From the NCBI GenBank assembly GCA_000004985.1, contig GG738857.1: a DNA stretch of 64,000 nt; one strand, written 5' to 3'. The position numbers and the translations under genes were made by a program. Position 1 is the first letter of the stretch. Each line of letters begins with the position of its first letter. The notes beneath the pieces are model-generated. The model did not search any database, was not told the origin of the DNA, and saw nothing but the letters and a program-made list of their open reading frames with translations. Origin of the DNA: Naegleria gruberi (lineage: Eukaryota). Of the stretch, positions 36,258-47,396 are shown piece by piece.

Positions 36258-36721
36258 TTCATATTCACTTGCTTTGTGTTCTTTGTGTATTCATAAATCC
36301 ATATTTTCAAGGTATTTCTCTATCTAATTAAACTGTTTAAGGATGTTCAGGATGTGGTTAACATGTTTCAAATCTGTAATGATTGTAAAATTTTGGGCAA
36401 CTAGAAAAATATATTATGAACCTATCTACATTAGAAGAGTAAGGATTTTGAAGATGGTCGGGGTAGAAATTTGATTCGGATATTGAGCACAATAAAATAA
36501 TGTTAATGGTCATTACCACCCATCATCAATCAAAACACACATCAAAAAATTAACCACACAAATAACACTACAATATTAATACCCTATTATTAAAAACAAA
36601 CATTCAAACATTTCTATTAGAAAATATCTTTCCATTACATAAATATTTTACCATCATCAAATATTTATTCAAACATTTCAATTAAATATTATTACACCAA
36701 CATTCACCAACATTCAACAAA

Positions 36722-39199
36722 ATGAAAATAATTCCTCACCATCATCATTATAAGAAGAATATAATAACACATCTATTCAGTGTAACAAAAATATTCATCA
36801 TATTCATAATATTCACACAAATGTTATTATTAAATCATCTTTTAGTTCATTGTAAAGTAACACTTCAATCATCTGGATCAACATTTTCATCAATGGCTCA
36901 ATTAAATATTAAATCAATGTATACACTTGATATTTCACATTCAAATTCATTAGATTACACAGAGGAAGATTCCATAAGTGGAATTCGTAGAATGTTACTC
37001 ATTGAAGAACAACATCAAAATGATCTAGTTCATGTTGATTTTAATAGTGTTAAAACATTTCCATTCAATCAATTGAAAAGTATTCAAGAAGATTCAGTTT
37101 TTAAAGAGAAATCATATAATAATACAATGTGTATTGATAGTATGTTTGGAGTTTTGGTGTTTGCTATGAATGGTAATTTTGAAAATAACAAAATTTCTCA
37201 ATTATCTCTATCTTTGGAAAGTATTATTGATATTTATTTGGGAAATATTAAATATTGGGATGATTCTAGAATTGTAAATGAAAATCCAAACATAATTTTA
37301 CCATCAAATCAATTAATTTCTGTACTTTCAAGATCTTCAACAAGTGGAACAAGTTTAAATTTGTTAAATTATTTGGCAACACTTTCATCAGATTTTAATC
37401 AAAAGTTTAATTTTCTACTTTCAAATCCAACTTCCAAAATTAGAAATCTCAATTTAACTTCATTAACAACCAATTCAAATTTACTCATTCCAACAAATAA
37501 GGACATGTTAGAATACTTGAAAAATATGAAAGGTTCATTTGGATATACAAGTTTAAATGTTTATTCAAGTTTAACAAGTGAACAAAAAAGTAATGTCATT
37601 CTCATTAATTTAATTATTAATGGAAAGTCAATTGTACCATCTTTGGATAATGCAAAGAATACTATTTCTAAATTTGCTTCTTCTACTTTTAAATCAAGTG
37701 ATATTTATTCACAATCATTGTCAATTTCAAAATCTAATGAAAATCACTATCCACTCATTACATGTATATTTTGGTGTTTTAGACAATATCAATCATTGAG
37801 TGAAGATGGTGTTGCATTACTTCAATTCTTTACAAATTCATACAAGTATTTACAGAGCTCCACTCCAGTTACTACTACTACTACTACTACTTTAGAAACA
37901 ACCAGTACTGCTACGACAACTGATATGATCATGACAACTAGTTCATCAGTTAAGAATGCACTCAGAATGTATTTCAAGAGACAACAATCAACTTCAGAGG
38001 GAAGTTTGAGTGGTGTTATTGCACTTCCATCATGGCTCTCATCCAACAATTTGAAAATTATTGAACAAACTTTAATGTGTGAAAAAAAGTTGTGTTCCAC
38101 CATTCCAAAACCAACCAATGAGTATGTTACTCTATTCCTCCAAATTGCTCTCCCACTCTTAATTGTAATGGGATGTTGTGTTATGATTTTATTGATTGGT
38201 ATTGCAATTTATTGTATTAGAAAGAGAAGATTTAAATCACCTTCTCAACTCAATCAACAATTACTTCAAGATCAAGAAATTGAATATATGGAAGATAGTA
38301 CAACAGTTGCATCTACCTATACATTTACACCAAAACTCTTTGAAAAGGAACAATTGAAGAGTACAATTAGAACTGAAGAATTATCGCTTGATGAACAAAT
38401 TGGAAGTGGTTCATTCTCTGAAGTTTATAGAGGAAGATGGTTAGGAGCAACAGTTGCTGTCAAACGTTTCCTTGTCAATCATATTGAAAGTGATGAAATA
38501 GTTCAAGATTTTATTAAGGAATCTAAACTAATGTCTAAATTAAGACATCCAAATGTTGTTCAATTTATGGGAGTTTGTATTCAAATGCCACATTTATATA
38601 TGGTAACTGAATATTGTGAGAGAGGAAATTTACAACACATTCTCAAAGATAAGAAGATTAAAATTTCACTCAGAAAAACAATTTCAATGGCATTGGATGC
38701 TGCACGTGGAATGTACTATCTTCATACATGTGAAACTCCAATTATTCATAGAGATTTTAAGAGTGCCAATTTACTTGTTGATAAAAATTGGAGTGTTAAA
38801 GTTGGAGATTTTGGAATGTCAAGAATGATTGATTCTCAACAACAAATGACAGTTTGTGGAACAGCTGAAACATGTGCACCTGAAGTTTTAAAAAGAAGTA
38901 TGTATACAGAAAAGGCAGATGTCTATTCATTTGGTATTGTACTTTGGGAAATGTTTACAAGAAGTCAATTATATCCAGGAATGAATTTTTATGAGCTAAG
39001 TTCAAGAGTTGTAAATGAAGGTTTAAGACCAGATACAACAAGTACAAGATTTACTGAAGATCACATTCCAAAAACTATTCAAAATTTAATGACTGATTGT
39101 TGGGATGATGATCCAGATCATAGACCTGATTTTTCAATCATTGTTAAAAAATTAGAAAAGGAATTGGAAATTGAAAATCAAAAGAAGAATAAGGATTAA
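36722..39199 (+). CDS. Receptor-like tyrosine-kinase-like (TKL) serine/threonine protein kinase, DRK-type: signal peptide, extracellular domain, TM, kinase domain
   Basis: Kinase motifs IGSGSFSEVYRGRW..VAVKRF, HRDFKSANLLV, VGDFGMSRM, CGTAETCAPE. A TM helix (LLIVMGCCVMILLIGIAIYCI) precedes the kinase. N-terminal hydrophobic signal. Single 825-aa ORF. Confidence 0.8.
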   Translation: MKIIPHHHHYKKNIITHLFSVTKIFIIFIIFTQMLLLNHLLVHCKVTLQSSGSTFSSMAQLNIKSMYTLDISHSNSLDYTEEDSISGIRRMLLIEEQHQNDLVHVDFNSVKTFPFNQLKSIQEDSVFKEKSYNNTMCIDSMFGVLVFAMNGNFENNKISQLSLSLESIIDIYLGNIKYWDDSRIVNENPNIILPSNQLISVLSRSSTSGTSLNLLNYLATLSSDFNQKFNFLLSNPTSKIRNLNLTSLTTNSNLLIPTNKDMLEYLKNMKGSFGYTSLNVYSSLTSEQKSNVILINLIINGKSIVPSLDNAKNTISKFASSTFKSSDIYSQSLSISKSNENHYPLITCIFWCFRQYQSLSEDGVALLQFFTNSYKYLQSSTPVTTTTTTTLETTSTATTTDMIMTTSSSVKNALRMYFKRQQSTSEGSLSGVIALPSWLSSNNLKIIEQTLMCEKKLCSTIPKPTNEYVTLFLQIALPLLIVMGCCVMILLIGIAIYCIRKRRFKSPSQLNQQLLQDQEIEYMEDSTTVASTYTFTPKLFEKEQLKSTIRTEELSLDEQIGSGSFSEVYRGRWLGATVAVKRFLVNHIESDEIVQDFIKESKLMSKLRHPNVVQFMGVCIQMPHLYMVTEYCERGNLQHILKDKKIKISLRKTISMALDAARGMYYLHTCETPIIHRDFKSANLLVDKNWSVKVGDFGMSRMIDSQQQMTVCGTAETCAPEVLKRSMYTEKADVYSFGIVLWEMFTRSQLYPGMNFYELSSRVVNEGLRPDTTSTRFTEDHIPKTIQNLMTDCWDDDPDHRPDFSIIVKKLEKELEIENQKKNKD

Positions 39200-39273
39200 A
39201 ATAATATTCAATATTAATTTAACAATTCTCAATTTTTTAATGAATATTAAGATTTTTAATAAATTTAAAAAAA

Positions 39274-40491
39274 ATGAAAAGAAAGGAAAGACCTGAAAAT
39301 GAAGTGGTGGAAATAATTTCAAGTGATGATGACGATGATGAACAAGATGATGAACAAGATGATGATGGTAATGATAGTGATGAATCTATTGAAGTGATTG
39401 ATTCAAAGAAATCAAAGAAGAATAATTTATCACCATCATCGGAATCAACAAGTGAAAGAACATTATCATCCCAACAGAGAGAATGTATTCATCAGGCAGT
39501 TAAATATTGTTCGGAACAATTTAATTTATTTAAAAAGGATGATTTTTCAGCATCATATGGTTTATTTCTTAATTCGTTATTGGAGGAAATTGTAAAGACT
39601 AGAGAATATAGAATGGTTCGTCCAGTTGATGGATTTTCTCATCGATTGTCTAAATTAATTGGTGGTGAACGTTTTACCTTACTACCAACAAATGTTATTA
39701 CTAGAATATTTGCATTCCTTCATCCTATTGATATTCTTACTAAGAGACCTGACACTGTTTGTGCAATTTGGTATAACGAAATGAATACTTTTATTTGGAA
39801 GAGGATTACAAAATTCTTGGCCCCTGCTATTGCAGTTGATAAATATGACACAGAGACTCTTAAAGAATATTGTCTAGCAAAGGGAAGAGCATTCTACGGC
39901 CAAAAGAAGGCAACTCTCTCCTATATTCATCTTGAATTGCAGAAGGAAGAATATCCACCAAGTTATGAATATGATCCAATTACAACATGTGAAAATATTT
40001 CATTTTCAGAAAACAGTGAGTGGAAAGGAACAACCTATTTATTGAGTGGATCAGGTAGATATTATGATTCATTCCGTTCGTGTGAACCGTTGACATATAC
40101 TTTAGTGGAATTTCAAGATGTAAATGGTTATTATTTCAATTATCATGCACCTTATTATATTTACTTTACATATGATTGTAAATATGAAGATGAAGAGGAA
40201 CAGTCTACTTCATTCACTTGTGTTTTGAATGTTTTTGCTAATGATGACGATGAGGATGATGACGACTTTATTTCACCAATTGAAGGTAATGAAATTGACT
40301 TTAAACAAGTTCTACGTATTTGTGAACAGCTTGGCATGAAGAAAGAAATTAAGAATTGGAACTTTGATGATCTGAGCAGTTGGTTCTTTGATTTTATTGA
40401 GGAGATTTTCAAACCTTTTTCTGAGACTGAAATTGAGACTGATTGGAATGATTTATTAATTTCTAAAACCCTAAAAACCAAAAAGCATTAA
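39274..40491 (+). CDS. Hypothetical acidic protein with a poly-D/E N-terminus and an F-box-like motif
   Basis: 405-aa ORF with ATG start. Contains DDDDDEQDDEQDDDGNDSDE, then LLPTNVITRIFAFLHPIDIL (F-box-like). Confidence 0.55.
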   Translation: MKRKERPENEVVEIISSDDDDDEQDDEQDDDGNDSDESIEVIDSKKSKKNNLSPSSESTSERTLSSQQRECIHQAVKYCSEQFNLFKKDDFSASYGLFLNSLLEEIVKTREYRMVRPVDGFSHRLSKLIGGERFTLLPTNVITRIFAFLHPIDILTKRPDTVCAIWYNEMNTFIWKRITKFLAPAIAVDKYDTETLKEYCLAKGRAFYGQKKATLSYIHLELQKEEYPPSYEYDPITTCENISFSENSEWKGTTYLLSGSGRYYDSFRSCEPLTYTLVEFQDVNGYYFNYHAPYYIYFTYDCKYEDEEEQSTSFTCVLNVFANDDDEDDDDFISPIEGNEIDFKQVLRICEQLGMKKEIKNWNFDDLSSWFFDFIEEIFKPFSETEIETDWNDLLISKTLKTKKH

Positions 40492-40764
40492 TCAGCAAAG
40501 AGACATGTGTTGAAATAGGATTCAATGTACCACTACTATCATTTGTCAAATATATTCAGAGCATTTCGTAAGGATTAACTCAATTCTTGAATTAAGATAA
40601 AGACTGTTTTAATGAAAAAGCTCAAGGCTAAAAAAATAAGCAAATGCTTTACGAATATCTTTATTATATAATATTATAAATTATCAAGTAAACAATGAAT
40701 ACAAATGAAGTAAATCAAAGACAAGTTCATTAAAGATTCTCAAAACTATGAACTACTTTAAAAA

Positions 40765-41776
40765 ATGGAACCACAACAAGATGTTGCACCAACTTTTCAA
40801 AGCCTTCCAACAGAATTATTGATGGAAGTATTTTGCTATTGTTCATTTGATGATATCTATTCAATTTCTAGGGTATCTAGGAATTTTAGCTCAATTGTTG
40901 GCACAGAAAGATTCCGAACTTGATCCGAATGCAGAAATCTTCTCTTCAAAATATTATTTAGAAACGAGGAAGAGAATGGAAAAGTTACTTTCACCTGAAG
41001 TGATCTATGATGACGATTCGGAAGAGGTTATTCATTCCAAAATTTATTCATTATTGTTTGATTGGGTCGATTTAGTTGTAGGCTCAATGGAAAAACATTC
41101 CTTTTTGCAGGGATTTGAAGAATTGAGAAAGGATTTAAGATTCATATCAAGGGATGAATTAGATTGGAATTATTTTGAAGAGTTGACTGAGAAATTCAAT
41201 TGTATTAATATTTGTGGAGAAAAGACATGGTTTGGGTTTACTCTTTTAGATAAAAGAGGAGAAAGAATTCCAATATTCTGTAGATTGAGTAGGCAGTATG
41301 AAAGTGCAAGTAGAGAAATGAGTGTCATCATTCTTGGGTTCTTTGATTCCAATGACAATTTGACAGGAAATCTTCAGGAAGCAATCAGAATTCAAGAAGC
41401 ACAATTTTACTTTGAATATGCAGGATTTGATAGTATGTCCAGTTTCACTGGATTTGATTGGATCAATGACAACTTTTCCAGATATATCAAAGCAAAGGAT
41501 GAATTGGCTCTTTTTGGATCTGCTTTGGAATTTTATATTACAATGCTAAAGCAAAGAAAATTCTCAAAAACAAAATGTTTTCCTCGTATTAAGGAGGATC
41601 GAACAGAATATTACTTTAACAGTACTATTGGAATGATGCTTTGTTTCAATTCACTTCACAGAGGAGTGAGCGAATGGTATTCACCATCAAGATTTGATAC
41701 CCACCTTCCAGGGTTAATTTATCACGTTCAATCGTTCTATTCGAAACATAAGAAATTATTAGAGAGCAATAAATAA
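40765..41776 (+). CDS. F-box-like protein gene with an apparent frame break: F-box in one frame (40765..about 40917, stops at TGA), body in the +1 frame (track ORF 40847..41776)
   Basis: ATG at 40765 encodes MEPQQDVAPTFQSLPTELLMEVFCYCSFDDIYSISRVSRNF..., a classic F-box (LPxELLxxVF). That frame hits TGA at about 40915. The long ORF continues in another frame. The region is not AT-rich enough to hide an intron. Confidence 0.45.
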
Positions 41777-41910
41777 TTGCTCTTCAACATTAGCCGGCAG
41801 ATATTCATATTTTCACAGCAATAGAACAACATGAACACCTCTTCTCAACTAGAAATAAGTCCTGATTTATTAGATGGGTTGACCAAATCATCAATCATCA
41901 CTCAAAAAAA

Positions 41911-42689
41911 ATGTCAACACAACCACCACCAACACAAACAAAGGTAAAGGAAGAAACCATTGAAGTCAAAGGTACTCCAACAGGAGGAGCAGACAACAAA
42001 TCATCATCAGCCAATAAGAAAGTCACAAAATACAAACCACCAGAAAGTGTTAACAAGGCACTTTCTAAAGGTTTACAATTTGCTCCGTATGCTCGTAATA
42101 TGGTCAATGGTGATATTTATATATTATTCATATTTGGAATTGTTGCTATTGCAATGGCTCAAGATCGTACAACAAGTTTACCTTGGGCAACTGTGCCAGG
42201 AATTTATTGTGTTGTTCTTTCTATATTTTTATATATTTGGCACTTTATTAGTGAATTTACAAAAACAGATAAGAGTGTTGATTCTGTTTTAGCTCCAAAA
42301 GGTTGGCCAAAGATTATTTGTATGATTTTATCGGCTTTTAATTATAATCCTGTTCAATGTGTTTTCTGTGCAATGTATGTTCTAATATTTAATTGTTATT
42401 TGGTTCTATTATTTACTATAATATTTAATTGTTATTTAATTGTTATTGTTATATTATTTAATTATTTAATTATTTAATTATTATCACAAAATATTATTAT
42501 TTGAATATATTATGTGATGATTTTAAATGTTGGAAAATTTGTATTGTTGTGGAAATTAGTGCCTCTGTCTATTGTTTCTTTTGTGTTCAGACTGCAATTT
42601 GTGGAGTTCCACTTGTTATGGCCTCAATTTTATATTTGATTGCTTCAATTAGACGTGAAGCATCAGCTAAAATCACTGGTTTAATTTAA
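41911..42689 (+). CDS. Small multi-pass membrane protein (197 aa), 2 exons: join(41911..42374,42560..42689); intron 185 nt
   Basis: GTATGT donor at 42375 and TTAG acceptor at 42559 join ...NPVQCVFCA|I|ASVYCFFCVQTAICGVPLVMASILYLIASIRREASAKITGLI* in frame (phase 2). Four predicted TM helices. Family not recognised. Confidence 0.6.
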
Positions 42690-42783
42690 AATCCATTTAA
42701 CTATATTGCATTGTAAAATATTTCTAAAAAAGAACAACAAATAATAAAAAAATTTAATTATTTTAATATTTAATTTTACAAAT

Positions 42784-43574
42784 TTAGAAACCATTTGGAG
42801 TGACATGAGCAGAAGTAGTACCAGAAATACCAACATTAGATGCAGATGGATATTGAACAGCATCCAATTGTTGTTTCTTCACTTGAACTAACTGAAGAAC
42901 TTTCAAATACATATGCCCAACAATTGATCCAATAATTCCAACTGGAATATCGATCATGTAAAATAAAAGTGAAATAATTCCATCGTAATATAATTGAGAG
43001 GAAGCAGAACCTGCAAAGAAACTTGGTAAGGAAAAGATAAAGAATGTGAAAAAGACAAAAATTGATCCAAATGTAACTCCAAATGCATGAAATTTAGCAG
43101 CAGTTTCGTTTTGTTTAAAAACTCCAATAATTCCACAAACTCCAATTAAGAGAATACAAATATCCATTGGAATTAAGAATAAATTAGATGTACCAAATAA
43201 TGGTACTTGTTTAGCATACCAAACAATCATGGCAATAAAGTGATGAACAGACAACAATCCACCTAATTTAGTTTAATTTCCAATAAATATTAACATGTTA
43301 AAAACATACCCATTACTGTAATGATAATAGAAGTAATACCACATGCAAGTTTCCAATTCTTGAAATTTGTAACACTTGGGTTGAAAGGAGTTGAATTAGT
43401 TTGTTGAGGATTAGGATAATGGTTTGGAGGAGGAAGTGAATTAAATGATGAATGATTTCCTGCATTATTTGAATAATAAACAGGTTGTGGTTGAAAAACA
43501 GAGGCAGATGATGGTCGGACAGTTGGTTCATCACCAAGTTGGTCGCTGTGAATAAGATATTCAGTGTTCGACAT
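42784..43574 (-). CDS. Membrane protein with a Pro/Asn-rich N-terminus and 4 TM helices, 2 exons: join(42784..43262,43310..43574); intron 47 nt
   Basis: GTATGT donor and TTAG acceptor join ...SIIITVM|G|GLLSVHHFIAMIVWYAK... in phase 1. The intron is only 47 nt. Confidence 0.6.
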
Positions 43575-43786
43575 TTTTTTTTAAATGTGAAGGGAAATTG
43601 ATTCGAATAATTATAATAATCAGTAATTGATGGTTGACTTTTTCACATTGTCCATCAATAGAAGAGGAATTCAAAGTGGAAACATGTCGTTCTTCTAAAA
43701 TATATTGTAAAGATTTTAGGTGAATGTTTGGAATTCCAGTTATTTAATGAACAATCTACTCAAACATTTATATTACAATGACAAGT

Positions 43787-44860
43787 TTATTTCAAATGAA
43801 TAGTGACATAAATATTTCCCTTTCTATGTTTAACAGTATTTTTCTTTCCCTTATTCTTTCTCTTTCCAATAACACTTCTTGCCTTTCTCTTAATAGTTTC
43901 CATTGTTGCAGGTTTAACACCAACTCTTTCGTCTCTTTCTTCTTCTCTTTTCAATCTATTTTCCTCACGAGCCAATCTGTGCTTTTCTCTTCTCAATTGA
44001 CTTGGAGTAATTTCTTCCTTAGAACCCTTCTTTCTTCTCAATTGTCTATCGAATCTTTTAATTAATCTGACCTTTCTTCTTTCGTCTCTCAATAGTCCAA
44101 TTTCTTCTTGAGGAGAATTGAGAACATTACCTGGCTCTGAAGCATCTGAAGTTGCAGATGGGACAATTCCTGGCTCAGTTCCTCTTCCTTCTCTACGTTC
44201 AGCTCTGACAGCCATTCTCATTGCACCTCTGATTTTAATTGCTGCTTGTCTTTTAGCTTTGGTATTATTTGGAGCCGATGATTCACTACCTGTTGCTGAT
44301 CCACCTTGTTCAGATTGACTAGCAGAAGAGGAAGGTGAAGAAGAACTTCTACCAATTTTTTGAGGTCCTTGTTGTTGAATCATTTCACTTGGACGATTTC
44401 CTGCATTGGAATTAGCATTACCTCCAGATTGTCTTGAACTACTTCCACTGCTACTTCCAGAACTACTACTACTACTACTAGAAGAACTTGAAGTAGATGA
44501 AGGAGCAGATCCTTGATCATCCTCCTCATTACTATTGGCACGACTTGAACCTCTTTGATTTGATTTACCACCACCAGCACTTTTAGCTGATGCACTTTTT
44601 GGTCTTTGTTTCTTAGTTGATTCAGATTCTTGTTGAGGTGGAAGACCAATAGCTTCCTTGGCTACTCTTGGAACAACATTTCTTGAACTTCCATTAGCAC
44701 TACCATTACCATTTCCAGAATTTGAGGAACTAGAAGCACCAGCAGAAGAAGGACGACGACCAGCAGTTGCTTTTTGGTTGGAAGCAGTTGGACGACCAGC
44801 TGAGGCCATTGAAATGACCAATGCTAATACAAAGAGTGTTAGAATGAGATTTCTAAACAT
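43787..44860 (-). CDS. Secreted serine-rich, highly basic protein (357 aa) with a signal peptide
   Basis: MFRNLILTLFVLALVISMASAG signal peptide. Long S/G/N tracts. The K/R-rich C-terminus (RRKKGSKEE..KRKNKGKKNTVKHRKG) is the basis for calling it highly basic. Codon usage is relatively GC-rich for this genome. Confidence 0.55.
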   Translation of the reverse strand: MFRNLILTLFVLALVISMASAGRPTASNQKATAGRRPSSAGASSSSNSGNGNGSANGSSRNVVPRVAKEAIGLPPQQESESTKKQRPKSASAKSAGGGKSNQRGSSRANSNEEDDQGSAPSSTSSSSSSSSSSSGSSSGSSSRQSGGNANSNAGNRPSEMIQQQGPQKIGRSSSSPSSSASQSEQGGSATGSESSAPNNTKAKRQAAIKIRGAMRMAVRAERREGRGTEPGIVPSATSDASEPGNVLNSPQEEIGLLRDERRKVRLIKRFDRQLRRKKGSKEEITPSQLRREKHRLAREENRLKREEERDERVGVKPATMETIKRKARSVIGKRKNKGKKNTVKHRKGNIYVTIHLK

Positions 44861-45297
44861 TTTTTTTAAGAGTGATATCTTTTGAAAGAATGTATTGTAG
44901 TTTAGTTTTATGATTGACCTTCAGTTTAGTTCAGTATGAAGTGTAGGAAACATACAAAATATATGCAAAATATTCATGTCTCATGGAGCGCGTGGAATTT
45001 GAAATACAAAGAAAGATTAAGAAGTTTAGTTTGGGATGATTGCTGACATTTGATCCACATCACCCATTGGCCTTAGAGAATTTATTGCATAATGTGTAAT
45101 TTATTATTTACTATTCGAAAGCATAAATATGTGATGGGAATTGAAAGTTAGAAATAAAAATAAGAAAACTAAATTAAAATCAATCTTTTATTTTAATTGC
45201 ATTCATTGTAAGCTTAATTTCAAACAGTCAACTTGATAGGATTGTAATATTCTACTAATAATTGACCAAATTTGAACAAATTTCAAAACAAAAAAAA

Positions 45298-45861
45298 ATG
45301 CAATCATCATCAACTGACAGTTTTCAATCATTTCCAATCGAAGGAGAAGCAAAAATTAATTTTGCCGAATGGCTTGTTGAAAATCAAAGTAAATTAACAC
45401 CACCAGTTTCGAATAAAATGTTATTTAACAAGGGACAATTAAAAATTATGATTGTCGGAGGACCAAATGAAAGAACAGATTATCACGTTAATCAAACAGA
45501 AGAATTTTTCTATCAAATGAAGGGTGACATGATATTAAAAATTGTTGACAAGAATGAACACAAAGATGTTCACATCAAGGAAGGTGAAATGTTTGTTTTA
45601 CCTGGAAATGTACCACACAGTCCTCAACGTTTTAAAGATACAATTGGAATGGTTATTGAATTAGAAAGACCACAAGGAAGTTTAGATTATTTGAGATGGT
45701 ACTGTGAAAAATGTGATGAAATTGTTTATCAAGATTCTTTTTATTGTTATGATTTGGGAGTTCAATTAGTTCCAGTTATTGAAAAGTATAATAGTGATGA
45801 AAGTGTTAGAACTTGTAAGGCATGTGGTCATGTTAATTGTAAATCAAATAAGAAACCTTAA
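45298..45861 (+). CDS. haao: 3-hydroxyanthranilate 3,4-dioxygenase (kynurenine pathway)
   Basis: [33 protein letters not shown]...[21 protein letters not shown]...RWYCEKCDE aligns with human HAAO ([32 protein letters not shown]...[20 protein letters not shown]). True ATG at 45298; the track TTG at 45262 is an artefact. Confidence 0.85.
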   Translation: [187 protein letters not shown]

Positions 45862-46034
45862 ATATATTGACTGTAAATAATTATGGAAGTATTACTTTAG
45901 ATCAATGAGGTGATGACCTATTTTCAATCAAATTCTTCATTATCAAATTACTTATATTTATCTTCATAGTACTGACCTTGCATTTTGATAAATTTTCTCT
46001 ATTTTTGATTTGATCGCAAAATCAAAATTGAAAA

Positions 46035-47018
46035 ATGCAAAGAAAAATAACAAAACAAATTCACAAAGGATTTACATCACAATTATTCAATCATCACCAT
46101 CATAAGAATCTAAGAAACATGTCATTGACAACCAATTCGCAACAGGAAAATGTTACAAAATTATTTACTGGATCAAGTCATACAGAAATGTATGCCAAAT
46201 ACAGACCAACCTATCCCGATGAATTATTTGAACAAATTGTTGCATTAAATTGTTCAAAAGATCAAAAGAAGTTAAATATCTTGGATGTTGGCTGTGGTTC
46301 TGGACAAGCCTCGTTTTCTCTGGCCAAATATGCTAAATTACTTGTCGGAGTTGATCCAAGTGAAAATCAAATCAAACAAGCAAAACAAAAAGAATCTCAA
46401 TCCAATATTCAAGGATGCAAGTTTGATTTTATTGTTGGAACTGATGTGAATTTGTTAGAATGTGTAAATCAATTAGAATCATTCCATCAATCCACTACTT
46501 GTGAAAATCAATTTGATTTAATTGTTGTTGCTCAAAGTCTTCATTGGTTTAATTTTGAAACATTCTTCAATAATGTTTCTAAAATGTTGGCTCCAAATGG
46601 TGTTTTTGCTGCTTGGACCTACACTTTGAATTCATTTGAGGGAGAACATGGTGAAACTGCCACTAACACTCTTAATAATTTCTACAATGAAGAAATGTGG
46701 AAACCTGGATATTGGGCAAAGGAGAGAAAATATGTCGATGATGAATATAGATCTATTGAGCAATATATGCCTTATCCTTCCAATCATAAGAGATTAGTTT
46801 TAGATTATAGAAAATCAATGCCTCTTGCTGCCTATATTTCTTACATTTCTACTTGGTCTTCTATTGAATCATTCGGAAAGAAGAATGGAGAAGAAAAGAA
46901 GAAGCAACTCCTCGAGAAATTGAAAACTGACTTGATGAATGATTTAAAGTTAGAATCCGACTCTGATGAAGTTCAAGTTTTGTGGAAAATTCATACCATC
47001 ACAACCACAAGAAAATAA
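46035..47018 (+). CDS. SAM-dependent methyltransferase (class I, type-11-like)
   Basis: Motif I ILDVGCGSGQASFSLA and post-I LLVGVDPSENQIKQAK. 327-aa single ORF. Confidence 0.65.
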   Translation: MQRKITKQIHKGFTSQLFNHHHHKNLRNMSLTTNSQQENVTKLFTGSSHTEMYAKYRPTYPDELFEQIVALNCSKDQKKLNILDVGCGSGQASFSLAKYAKLLVGVDPSENQIKQAKQKESQSNIQGCKFDFIVGTDVNLLECVNQLESFHQSTTCENQFDLIVVAQSLHWFNFETFFNNVSKMLAPNGVFAAWTYTLNSFEGEHGETATNTLNNFYNEEMWKPGYWAKERKYVDDEYRSIEQYMPYPSNHKRLVLDYRKSMPLAAYISYISTWSSIESFGKKNGEEKKKQLLEKLKTDLMNDLKLESDSDEVQVLWKIHTITTTRK

Positions 47019-47063
47019 ATTTTTCAATTCTTTTCATCACAAAATTAAATAATTTGTAAATAA

Positions 47064-47396
47064 TTATTCGGACGGTTTTTGTTGCTGTTGTTGTAGTTGA
47101 ATCATCTTTTTAGCTTGTTGTTCAAGGAAAGGAGCATTCATAATTGGAATATTTGGCTGAGCAAATCTATAGGGAGTAACAATCTTTGCAATTTCTACTC
47201 GTTCCTTCATTAATTGTTCTTCTTCGGAAAACATTGATGAAAGTTTATAATAAACATTCCTGCCACCAACAAAAATTACAAATCCAACAAAGGTAGCTGA
47301 TAATCCAAGAACCATACTTCCGTACACTGTAGGTGAGCCCGAACTGTACAAGCCACCAAGTCCATTGAGTACATGGCGAAAATAAGTGAATGGCAT
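47064..47396 (-). CDS. Small single-TM protein (110 aa), possibly mitochondrial inner-membrane
   Basis: ATG at 47396 (MPFTYFRHVLNGLGGLYSSGSPTVYGSMVLGLSATFVGFVIFVGG...); the track start is an upstream TTG. Glycine-zipper TM. Family uncertain. Confidence 0.45.
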   Translation of the reverse strand: MPFTYFRHVLNGLGGLYSSGSPTVYGSMVLGLSATFVGFVIFVGGRNVYYKLSSMFSEEEQLMKERVEIAKIVTPYRFAQPNIPIMNAPFLEQQAKKMIQLQQQQQKPSE

